Shown here piece by piece: positions 8,299 through 15,007 of a stretch of 64,000 nucleotides of DNA; position 1 is the stretch's first letter; each line of letters opens with the position of its first letter. The stretch is from IMG/VR virus record IMGVR_UViG_3300037067_015039, positions 32,001-96,000 of that record; one strand, 5' to 3'. The stretch comes from a virus. Lineage: Duplodnaviria; Caudoviricetes. Below the pieces are notes generated by a model. That model had not been told where the DNA came from. It did not search any database and was given only the letters and a program-made list of their open reading frames with translations. A program made the translations under genes and the position numbers.

Positions 8299-8433
8299 TG
8301 GCTGCAAAGTCGATTCCGGAGTTGTCATGTTGCCCTACCATTGGGCGAATCCGGCATAAGGTGGAGCCGGATTCTGGATTCGAACCAGAACACTCATTGC
8401 TGAGTTCATGTAACCGTTTTCAGTGTGCAGCCA
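8299..8433 (-). ncRNA. Scaffold RNA unit 3, YrlA-like permuted tRNA payload (T arm, acceptor, D arm)
   Basis: T arm UCUGG-UUCGAAU-CCAGA, acceptor AUCCGGC-UCCA-CCUUAU-GCCGGAU, D arm GCCC-AAUGGUA-GGGC inside scaffold. Confidence 0.85.
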
Positions 8434-8445
8434 TATAATTTGGGC

Positions 8446-8500
8446 GGGTGTCATTCATCCCCCCGGGGAGATTCCCACATGGCCAATGCAGTAGACACCC
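8446..8500 (-). ncRNA. Degenerate scaffold unit
   Basis: GGGUGUC/GACACCC stem, UACUG and CAUG retained, CGACUU lost. Confidence 0.4.
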
Positions 8501-8510
8501 ATAATTTTTC

Positions 8511-8666
8511 TGGCCTTTAAGTCGATCAGCCTATTTTTCTGCGCGTTTACCATTTACGCCATTGCCCCATAATAAAGTTAAGGCGGGGCAAGAAGGATTC
8601 GAACCTCCAATTTCGGTTTCCCGAAAACAGGACCCTAAGTCATGTAAGCTATTCAGTAAAAGGCCA
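8511..8666 (-). ncRNA. Scaffold RNA unit 4, permuted tRNA-Leu(UAG)-like payload
   Basis: GA-CUUAGGG-UCCUG, long variable arm, T arm, UUGCCCC...GGGGCAA acceptor, Leu-type D arm, then CAG. Confidence 0.85.
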
Positions 8667-8687
8667 TAATCTTTTCAAAGATCTGGA

Positions 8688-8808
8688 AGAGTCTGCAACG
8701 CCTTGGAGCCTGTAATATAATTCCGCAACTAATTCAGGATCCACGTTAGTCCGAATCGCTTGCTCTGGTAGCCAAGAGGCAGTGTGTTTTTACCTGGACT
8801 CAGACTCT
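8688..8808 (-). ncRNA. 121-nt multibranch structured RNA
   Basis: AGAGUCUG/CAGACUCU closing stem enclosing AGUCC/GGACU and AACG-UGGA-CCUG/CAGG-UCCA-CGUU arms. Confidence 0.5.
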
Positions 8809-8900
8809 ATAATCCGGGGGGCTCTTGGGACGCTATCCACTTTGAGCCCCTATTCAAAATGCCCTCAATATGGGCGTTTAGTATTTTATGGCTGTAAGCC

Positions 8901-8931
8901 GTTTCAATCCACGCCTCACAACGGAAGCGAC
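8901..8931 (-). CRISPR. Solitary type I-C-like CRISPR repeat (not an array)
   Basis: GTCGCTTCCGTTGTGAGGCGTGGATTGAAAC: GTCGC start, 6-bp hairpin, GCGTGGATTGAAAC end typical of I-C repeats. Confidence 0.7.
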
Positions 8932-9052
8932 TTGGCTGTAAGTCGAATGAGGATCATTTGTGTTCGATACCCATCGACCCCCCCATACTATTTTTGTGGA
9001 GGGGGGCGCCTGCGAGGCGCTACGCATGTAGCCTCAAAACAGTAACAGCCAA
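8932..9052 (-). ncRNA. Scaffold RNA unit 5, degenerate permuted tRNA/tmRNA-like payload
   Basis: UUGGCUGU-UACUG...CUACAUG...GCGCC hairpin, CCCCCUCCA-linker-GGGGGGG, UCGAU/AUCGA...CGACUU-ACAGCCAA. Confidence 0.7.
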
Positions 9053-9059
9053 ACTCTAA

Positions 9060-9242
9060 TCCCTGTGGTCCGGACAACTCACTCCCAAGTACCCCGGATT
9101 CCCGGATTGCAAGATCATAGTCAGAAAACAAAATCGGCTTGCCCCTTGGAGTCGGTCTCTTGCCAATTTCTGCTATGTGTATCCACGGGCGCTAATCCCT
9201 TGCTGTGTTGGGGCGATGGCTCTCACGCCAATGCCACAGGGA
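9060..9242 (-). ncRNA. 183-nt structured RNA directly downstream of HNH gene
   Basis: UCCCUGUGG/CCACAGGGA closing stem; inner CAUAG-CAGAAA/UUUCUG-A-CUAUG and UUGGC/GCCGA. Confidence 0.55.
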
Positions 9243-9246
9243 AAAT

Positions 9247-9819
9247 CTACTTGATTACCCGCTTTGCGAGATAATCAACAAACTTATTAGGATCCATCCC
9301 GCGCTCTGCGCACCAGATAAACGGATCCTGCGAACCTTTATCCTTGTTGCATGATTTGCAGGACGTCAGATAGTTCGAAGTATTATTCTTCTTTTCGTCC
9401 ATTTCGAGAGGGATGAAGTGATCAATCGTCATAAGAGCTTCACCCATCTTTTTCCCGCAATACATGCATTTGAAACCATCGGCCGCCCAAACCTTTTGTT
9501 GGATCGAGCCTGATATTTCATATCTCACCTTTCGTTGGAAGATCTTGGGGTTTCCAACAAGTATTTCCGGATCATCAGAGCGGTGAATGAAATCAGACCA
9601 TTCTTCTACTGTAAGTTCTCTCCATTCGCTATAAGCACATATATCCATGCCATTATTATTGGCTCGGTTAAGAACTCCAGGAAGGGCCAGAATCATGCTC
9701 GAACCACCCCCTGTAAGAAGAATGCCACTAATCTTAACCAGTGACCCGATATCCCCATACATAACCGGGCGATTTCGCATTTCCATCAAATAAAACCGAT
9801 CACCGCTACTCTTGGCCAT
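9247..9819 (-). CDS. HNH endonuclease with unknown N-terminal domain, embedded in RNA array
   Basis: DGFKCMYCG...LMTIDHFIP...NYLTSCKSCNKDKG; GAGG RBS. Confidence 0.85.
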   Translation of the reverse strand: MAKSSGDRFYLMEMRNRPVMYGDIGSLVKISGILLTGGGSSMILALPGVLNRANNNGMDICAYSEWRELTVEEWSDFIHRSDDPEILVGNPKIFQRKVRYEISGSIQQKVWAADGFKCMYCGKKMGEALMTIDHFIPLEMDEKKNNTSNYLTSCKSCNKDKGSQDPFIWCAERGMDPNKFVDYLAKRVIK

Positions 9820-9836
9820 CTCTACCTCTTAAAAAC

Positions 9837-9968
9837 TGGCGTCAAGTCGATATGCTTTATTTCGCGCTCTAACCAGACTGAGCTACCCGGACGCATACGC
9901 GCCCGGGGTTGGATTCGAACCAACGACCTCGGCATTGGAATTGCATGTAAGCCTACCAGTGAACGCCA
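9837..9968 (-). ncRNA. Scaffold RNA unit 6, permuted tRNA payload with UCC (Gly) anticodon loop
   Basis: GCA-AUUCCAA-UGCCG-AGGUC, T arm, CCCGGGC-GCGUAUGC-GUCCGGG, D arm GCUC-AGUCUGGUUA-GAGC, G, CG. Confidence 0.85.
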
Positions 9969-9982
9969 TTACTATAATTGCT

Positions 9983-10109
9983 GTTCCCTGAAAGTCGCTC
10001 AGCTTTTTAAGGATTGAATAATCGGATTTGAACCGATCACACACTGATTTAAATTCAGTTGCTCTACCAAATGAGCTATATTCATGTACGCTGAACAGTG
10101 TCAGGGAAC
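9983..10109 (-). ncRNA. Scaffold RNA unit 7, whole tRNA-like payload with UUA anticodon
   Basis: GAAUA-UA-GCUC-AUUUGGUA-GAGC-A-ACUGA-AUUUAAA-UCAGU-GUGUG-AUCGG-UUCAAAU-CCGAU-UAUUCAA inside scaffold. Confidence 0.85.
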
Positions 10110-10117
10110 GTATTTTA

Positions 10118-10525
10118 TTAATTTTGCTGGATCAAACACCATAACCCTTTTTTTCGCTCGACTCTCGGGGTTTTCCTTTTCGACTCTTTATGAAGTGTAC
10201 TATAAAGAGTTTGAATTGGGTTTTTCCCCTGGACCTGATGACCTGATTCAGTCAATCGGTCCAAAAGAGCCGGCGTCCTAATAGGGCCGCCTGTGCTTAT
10301 AATTTCGATGGCCGCGCCTATGATGGATATTGGTCCCTCAACTTTCGAATCAGGTCCCGGCTGCGGTACTGGCGTTTCCTGTGGAGATCGTTCCACGTCT
10401 GAAAGGAAATAATCGATCTCGGAGAGTAAAGCGCCAATGCGATTCTTCTCTTTAATCAGTTCTTCCTTTAGGGAGACTGCCTTCTCTTTTATTGCTGCCA
10501 TTCCTGAATTCGTAAGTGTCATCAT
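10118..10525 (-). CDS. Coiled-coil + winged-HTH protein (HARE-HTH-like)
   Basis: AAIEII...GPIRTPALLDRL...GKNPIQTLYSTL...GLWCL pattern. Confidence 0.6.
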   Translation of the reverse strand: MMTLTNSGMAAIKEKAVSLKEELIKEKNRIGALLSEIDYFLSDVERSPQETPVPQPGPDSKVEGPISIIGAAIEIISTGGPIRTPALLDRLTESGHQVQGKNPIQTLYSTLHKESKRKTPRVERKKGLWCLIQQN

Positions 10526-10549
10526 AACCGCTACCTTTTGAGCTTGACC

Positions 10550-10578
10550 AATTTACTTCTGGTTATATTCTATGTCAA
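10550..10578 (-). promoter_or_regulatory. Sigma70-type promoter upstream of wHTH / RNA array / Ro60 unit
   Basis: TTGACA-17 nt-TAAATT. Confidence 0.55.
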
Positions 10579-11021
10579 GCTTTTTTATCGAAGTTTCGGA
10601 AATATTTCGCTTTCGACATGGTTTCTTCGCGCTCATTGATTTTTTTTATGAGCTGGTATGCTTTCTCCCGGGAAAAGTTATACAAGGCATCCTTATCATC
10701 CCCTACTCCAGGAAAGGATTCAGCCCCCTGTTCATACCATTCCATATCTTCAAAATCTTTGGTGAAAGCCTGCTTAGCCCGGCCGATCGCAACTGATCGG
10801 GCGAGTTTTTTGTTAAACTGGTATCCCCATTCACAACGGCCGATCCCCCACGAGAGTTGGCCCATATAGACCATAACAACTACAGTGATCCCTCTGAGTC
10901 CGTTATGTAAACTGATTAAATTCGATAAATCGCCTTTTTTAGGTGGGACGTCATTCCGCAGATGGAACACAAAGGAACTCTGAGGAACGATGGCATGGAA
11001 CACTCTTTTTTTACTTAACAT
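10575..11021 (-). CDS. Hypothetical phage protein
   Basis: GIGRC...QFNKKLARSVAIGRA motif; AGGAG RBS. Confidence 0.65.
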   Translation of the reverse strand: MLSKKRVFHAIVPQSSFVFHLRNDVPPKKGDLSNLISLHNGLRGITVVVMVYMGQLSWGIGRCEWGYQFNKKLARSVAIGRAKQAFTKDFEDMEWYEQGAESFPGVGDDKDALYNFSREKAYQLIKKINEREETMSKAKYFRNFDKKA

Positions 11022-11245
11022 ACATCTCCTTGTTGTTGCTTATCCCACGGCCTGCCAGGCCGACGAGGATGAAGCTGTTTTACTTTGTCCCTATAATACT
11101 GCGTTGCTCGAGCCACGGAGCACTTTCGGCACACGCGGCGTTTCCTACCCTTTCTATCAATCACGATGATAAGATTAGGCTTTTGATAGGCATGCCCGTT
11201 CGGGCAATGAGTCTTCGCTCGGTTAGCCGATTTCACCTTGCTCAT
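11015..11245 (-). CDS. Small Zn-ribbon protein (KTHCPNGH...CRKC, HNH-associated type)
   Basis: Motif; ATGA overlap. Confidence 0.65.
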   Translation of the reverse strand: MSKVKSANRAKTHCPNGHAYQKPNLIIVIDRKGRKRRVCRKCSVARATQYYRDKVKQLHPRRPGRPWDKQQQGDVC

Positions 11246-11460
11246 ACTGAGGACACTGGTAAAAGCTCTTCTGTATTTCGAGTAGCTTCGATAATGAGAG
11301 CTTTATTTGCACCAGGAGCCATTTTTATGTTGATTCCCTTATTAAATACCATGATGTTTGCAAGGTTTGACTGATCAACACCACTGGAAGGCTCAAGTAT
11401 AATCTGAGCTTTAGTCTCTTCGAATCGGAATACTACTTTCATCGGTTTCCCTCCAAGCAT
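11242..11460 (-). CDS. Hypothetical protein
   Basis: Colinear; likely start at MKVVF with GGAGG RBS. Confidence 0.55.
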   Translation of the reverse strand: MLGGKPMKVVFRFEETKAQIILEPSSGVDQSNLANIMVFNKGINIKMAPGANKALIIEATRNTEELLPVSSV

Positions 11461-11487
11461 GCTATATACTATTTGCTTTGGGATTTG

Positions 11488-11706
11488 TCAAAGGGTTAGA
11501 TCAACTTTCTTTAATCCTATAGCACATCCATCAACATTAGTATCCCTATTGTCCACTTGTTGAGTGGATCCAAAACCACGGAACTCATAATGTTTTCCTG
11601 TAGTTCCTCCAACTATAGCCATATCTCCCTGGCCTTCCCATCTGAATACGGTAAAGCTTGGAACATACACCCCAATCGTTCTCCTCCGATCGCCACAGCA
11701 GCCCAT
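11488..11706 (-). CDS. Hypothetical protein
   Basis: Abuts upstream stop; GAGG RBS. Confidence 0.6.
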   Translation of the reverse strand: MGCCGDRRRTIGVYVPSFTVFRWEGQGDMAIVGGTTGKHYEFRGFGSTQQVDNRDTNVDGCAIGLKKVDLTL

Positions 11707-12249
11707 TTATGTTTCCTCAATAACAGGAGACTGATTTGCCTCTGGATCTCCCACTTTTGGAGTCTCCACTTCTGGTGCCGGATCCTTACTGACAGCCGCT
11801 ATTGGAGGAGTATCAGGTTTCTCGTATTTCTGCCCGGCAATACGTCTGGCCATACTTTTAGACGGAACCGGAGTTTCAGTCTTCCCTAAATCGATTATTT
11901 GGCCTGCGTCATATTGTCCGGCCGGGATTGGGGCTGAGGTTATTTTTGATTCAGCAACCTCCAAACCATCATCATCAATAAAAAATACATGAGGTTGCTG
12001 CCGGCCCATGTATTTATTGAGCGCCGGGATCATAGCAATAATCCCTTCCTGCATTTGCCAGTCAGGTCCCATATTTGTCATCGGCGGGGATACTTCCGGT
12101 TTAAAGGTAGGGGTCTGGATCTCAACCTTATGGAATCCCATCGTTACTGTGATCCGGACAAATAATCTTAATTGATCCACCCACTTCCATCCTCTTCGCG
12201 CCGCCATTGCTATTTGTCCAAAATTAGGTACTGTTTTTGCCATGGTCAT
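11707..12249 (-). CDS. Hypothetical protein
   Basis: Colinear. Confidence 0.65.
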   Translation of the reverse strand: MTMAKTVPNFGQIAMAARRGWKWVDQLRLFVRITVTMGFHKVEIQTPTFKPEVSPPMTNMGPDWQMQEGIIAMIPALNKYMGRQQPHVFFIDDDGLEVAESKITSAPIPAGQYDAGQIIDLGKTETPVPSKSMARRIAGQKYEKPDTPPIAAVSKDPAPEVETPKVGDPEANQSPVIEET

Positions 12250-12523
12250 TCCTTCCTGTAAGTTTTTCGATTACGACTACGGCGCCGGAAAGCGCCAACC
12301 AATTCACCAAGAATTGATTTATTGTTTTGCTGAACAATATTGCTGTGGGAAATGATACCCATATACTGAGGCAGTAAGGACAATCCATCAATTTCCCTCG
12401 CCAGCCATTGCCGGCTCTTTTTCTGATCCTTAAAATCAGATCACCAGGACCATCCTCAAAGGCTATCAAGTGTGAGACTCTATAAACCGCTAGACTGGCT
12501 ATTACCAACTGGGTCAGATCCAT
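12224..12523 (-). CDS. DUF1360-like membrane protein
   Basis: LAVYRVSHLIAFEDGP...LMDCPYCLSIWVS. Confidence 0.75.
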   Translation of the reverse strand: MDLTQLVIASLAVYRVSHLIAFEDGPGDLILRIRKRAGNGWRGKLMDCPYCLSIWVSFPTAILFSKTINQFLVNWLALSGAVVVIEKLTGRNDHGKNST

Positions 12524-12830
12524 TCATTTCCTCTGCGGATTTATAAATCAGTTCTTGAATGTCCTCTAGGGCTTTCTTGGCTATCGCGCCTATTTCCTTG
12601 ATCCTTTGCGTTTCTTCGTTGCGGCGCCAAACTAATGTCATGTTACGTATTTTACCGATGGTACTGATAGCAATCAAAAACGCCGCCCGAGTCTGAGCAA
12701 CTTCTATTTCCATGCTTTCACGGCACAAATGGCCTGGTTCTAACTGACCTCCACAATACGAGCATTGAGGATACGGCGGGTTGCCCTCATGGAGAGGAGG
12801 ATTTATTGAACCTGGAAGTGTTCCATCCAT
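12480..12830 (-). CDS. Hypothetical protein
   Basis: Colinear. Confidence 0.55.
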   Translation of the reverse strand: MDGTLPGSINPPLHEGNPPYPQCSYCGGQLEPGHLCRESMEIEVAQTRAAFLIAISTIGKIRNMTLVWRRNEETQRIKEIGAIAKKALEDIQELIYKSAEEMNGSDPVGNSQSSGL

Positions 12831-13081
12831 AAACCAGTCTCCTTAACGATGTTCGTGAACCCTTCGTAACTTACATTAGGCCCAAGCACAGTAAGAACCC
12901 CATAAACTCCTTTTTCGTTTGGAACCCCGACAAGCAATCCCAGGATCCTGAATTCAGGACAATTCGCTTCAACATCAGCTCTAAACTGCTTCATGCATTC
13001 ATTGAACGCATCCATTTGCTCAGGGCTTACTCCAAGCTTGGCGGCCGCCTGTTCAGATTTTGGAGTCAGATTGTTTCCCAT
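12803..13081 (-). CDS. Hypothetical protein
   Basis: GGAG RBS before MGNNL. Confidence 0.6.
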   Translation of the reverse strand: MGNNLTPKSEQAAAKLGVSPEQMDAFNECMKQFRADVEANCPEFRILGLLVGVPNEKGVYGVLTVLGPNVSYEGFTNIVKETGLWMEHFQVQ

Positions 13082-13331
13082 CCGCTTCTCCCTTTTCGGC
13101 ATCAGCCGGCGCAGTAACCCTTTCATATTTATATCCCCGCCGCAATTGAAGGTTTACAAACTTCCCTTTTGATGAAGCATGGAGTAATTCCTCCCAAACT
13201 TCCGGGGGAACGTCATGATAAACATAAACCTCATTGTTTTTCGTGAATTTTACAAAACAATCCCTACTCCCTTCATGATAGGCGATTGCAGACACAATGG
13301 ACGATCCGTATACTGGCTGATAATCAGGCAT
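13053..13331 (-). CDS. KTSC domain protein
   Basis: SSIVSAIAY...YVYHDVPPEVWEELLHASSKGKFVN. Confidence 0.85.
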   Translation of the reverse strand: MPDYQPVYGSSIVSAIAYHEGSRDCFVKFTKNNEVYVYHDVPPEVWEELLHASSKGKFVNLQLRRGYKYERVTAPADAEKGEADGKQSDSKI

Positions 13332-13522
13332 AAAGACTCCTTAATTAACTCGATTATGGATCCATATTTCCATACAGGTTTCATCGTTTTCCACTCGTTC
13401 ATCTAACTGAGGGCTACACCAGCATTTTGGATTTTGAGTATGTTCGGGTTCTCGCTCGGATTCAGGGAAAACATGGTATCGAATCAGTTTCTTATCAATC
13501 GGTTCGCTCATGGTTCCCCTTC

Positions 13523-13813
13523 TTATTGCATTCGACCTCTATTCCAGAGGCTCTTATAAGGACTCGTGGCTTCTGATTCCAGTTCCTCTTTGAATACAAT
13601 ATCCTTCGTCTTTTGTTTGATCATTGTAATAAAAACACTCATTAAGAGAAGAATAAAAAGAGTCCCGATCGCTCCGATCGCCCATGCCGGACAGTGATAT
13701 TTATCCATGTAAAGCCACGTCACAGCAACAAATAATATAAAACGACCCGGGCTATTAGGGATTCTTTTCCACGGCAATACCCAATGATCATCATTTTCTT
13801 TTTTTGGCGACAT
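13523..13813 (-). CDS. Membrane protein (2 TM)
   Basis: Two hydrophobic helices. Confidence 0.6.
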   Translation of the reverse strand: MSPKKENDDHWVLPWKRIPNSPGRFILFVAVTWLYMDKYHCPAWAIGAIGTLFILLLMSVFITMIKQKTKDIVFKEELESEATSPYKSLWNRGRMQ

Positions 13814-13833
13814 CCCAAACCTGCCTTTCTCGG

Positions 13834-14091
13834 TTAAGAGGCGAGAATAATCTCCTTTTTTCTGTTCATATGTTCCAAGGTGATTGAAGAACCATAATGA
13901 GCCATTTGTTTAAGTTCTTCTTCCGGGAAGAGCTTCCATTGTCCGTTATTCTGGAAAACCAGAAAACGCTGACAATCCTTGCAAAAAGCAATATCATTTT
14001 CGTTCGGTATGCCCTTCCCGGTTATACGATGAGCGCCCGGAATATCATTTTTGCAATTTGGACATACTCCAAGTGACTTCTGTTCCATCAC
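13834..14091 (-). CDS. Zn-ribbon hypothetical protein
   Basis: CPNC...CKDC. Confidence 0.6.
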   Translation of the reverse strand: MMEQKSLGVCPNCKNDIPGAHRITGKGIPNENDIAFCKDCQRFLVFQNNGQWKLFPEEELKQMAHYGSSITLEHMNRKKEIILAS

Positions 14092-14097
14092 CGCTCC

Positions 14098-14580
14098 TTA
14101 CTGCACAGCCGCTGGTTGCGGTGCTGATTTCAGATCTTCAAAATCGAACTTCTCCTGCATAGCCCGGCGAAGTTCTGGAAGAGGATTATGCCAACAACCA
14201 TGACGCTCGATAATGGAAATAAACTCCTCAAAATCATGGTCCTTGAGATAGAACCCTTTTTCATCAACAGCCAGATGGCAGAGTTCGTGATCAACAAGAG
14301 CTACCTGCTGCTCAAGGGTGAGAACGTCCCAATATACCTCGTCGACCTCGATTATGAAGTCGAAACCTGTGAGAGCGTGGTAAACCGGGTTTACTAATTT
14401 TGCCTTTGCCATTGCCGGATGTTTGCCCATTCGCGCCGGTGGTGGTGGGCCGTCGCTGTCCTCCGGAGCCAGTTTCATCATGTACGCAATCTTTGCGTGA
14501 GCTATATCCTGATGGTGCAGTAGGATTAGAGGCTCCGCCACTTCTTCTACCCTTTCTGAAGTTTCGTATTCTGCTGCCAT
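14098..14580 (-). CDS. Putative phage metallopeptidase
   Basis: DFIIEV...ALVDHELCH...HDFEEF...RHG. Confidence 0.8.
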   Translation of the reverse strand: MAAEYETSERVEEVAEPLILLHHQDIAHAKIAYMMKLAPEDSDGPPPPARMGKHPAMAKAKLVNPVYHALTGFDFIIEVDEVYWDVLTLEQQVALVDHELCHLAVDEKGFYLKDHDFEEFISIIERHGCWHNPLPELRRAMQEKFDFEDLKSAPQPAAVQ

Positions 14581-14780
14581 TATTGCTCTCCTTTGATTTT
14601 TGTTCGAATTTTTCCGGCCGGCAATTACGATTCTTGCACATGCTGGAATGAAGCAACATTGAAGCCGGTCCCACTTCAAATGTAGCCGCTTTGCTCATAA
14701 AAACCAGACCACCACATTTAAAGTGAACTAGCCATGGTCCAACATAATCCTTTTTTGTGGGTTTGTCTCTCCCTTTTCTA

Positions 14781-15005
14781 TTATGATCCTTGTTCAGGTG
14801 GTTTTTTGGTTTTGGTCTGATCTTCATTATTAAACCCCCTTAATATTGCCGCTCGACCGATTAAAGATACCCCAACCCTATCAGCTTCATCAGGAGTCAT
14901 TATTAAAGAATCTCCTATCTGATGATCAAAAACCATCTTTATGCAGCCTGCCTTTCGATCAATCCCAATTACTGATTCCAGTTTGACGTATTCTGATTCC
15001 GCCAT
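14781..15005 (-). CDS. Hypothetical protein
   Basis: Colinear, AAGGA RBS. Confidence 0.55.
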   Translation of the reverse strand: MAESEYVKLESVIGIDRKAGCIKMVFDHQIGDSLIMTPDEADRVGVSLIGRAAILRGFNNEDQTKTKKPPEQGS

Positions 15006-15007
15006 AA

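Noticed and set aside
8299-8666. Reading adjacent tRNA halves as normal intron-containing tRNAs across units
   Set aside because: Each 5' acceptor strand pairs only with the 3' strand upstream of it within the same unit, so the order is permuted
8688-8808. Hairpin ribozyme (CCAG..AAACAC and UAUAUUAC-like words)
   Set aside because: The two words are not in a mutually paired loop-B context and no N/GUC loop A is present
8143-9274. Plus-strand ORFs 8143-8403, 8782-9045, 9065-9274
   Set aside because: No motifs or RBS, antisense to the region and overlapping clear RNA structures
7951-10109. Array as a CRISPR array
   Set aside because: Units are bipartite covarying stems enclosing structured payloads, not identical direct repeats with spacers; only one true CRISPR-like repeat is present
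9983-10109. Genome-wide stop-codon reassignment implied by the UUA anticodon
   Set aside because: Conserved genes (dnaB, dut, sbcCD, ssb, radC) are full length in code 11 and TAA ends many of them
14312-14827. 171-aa ORF as a fully overlapping dual-coding gene
   Set aside because: Only the first roughly 80 codons fill a gap; the remainder looks like low-complexity run-on over the metallopeptidase gene
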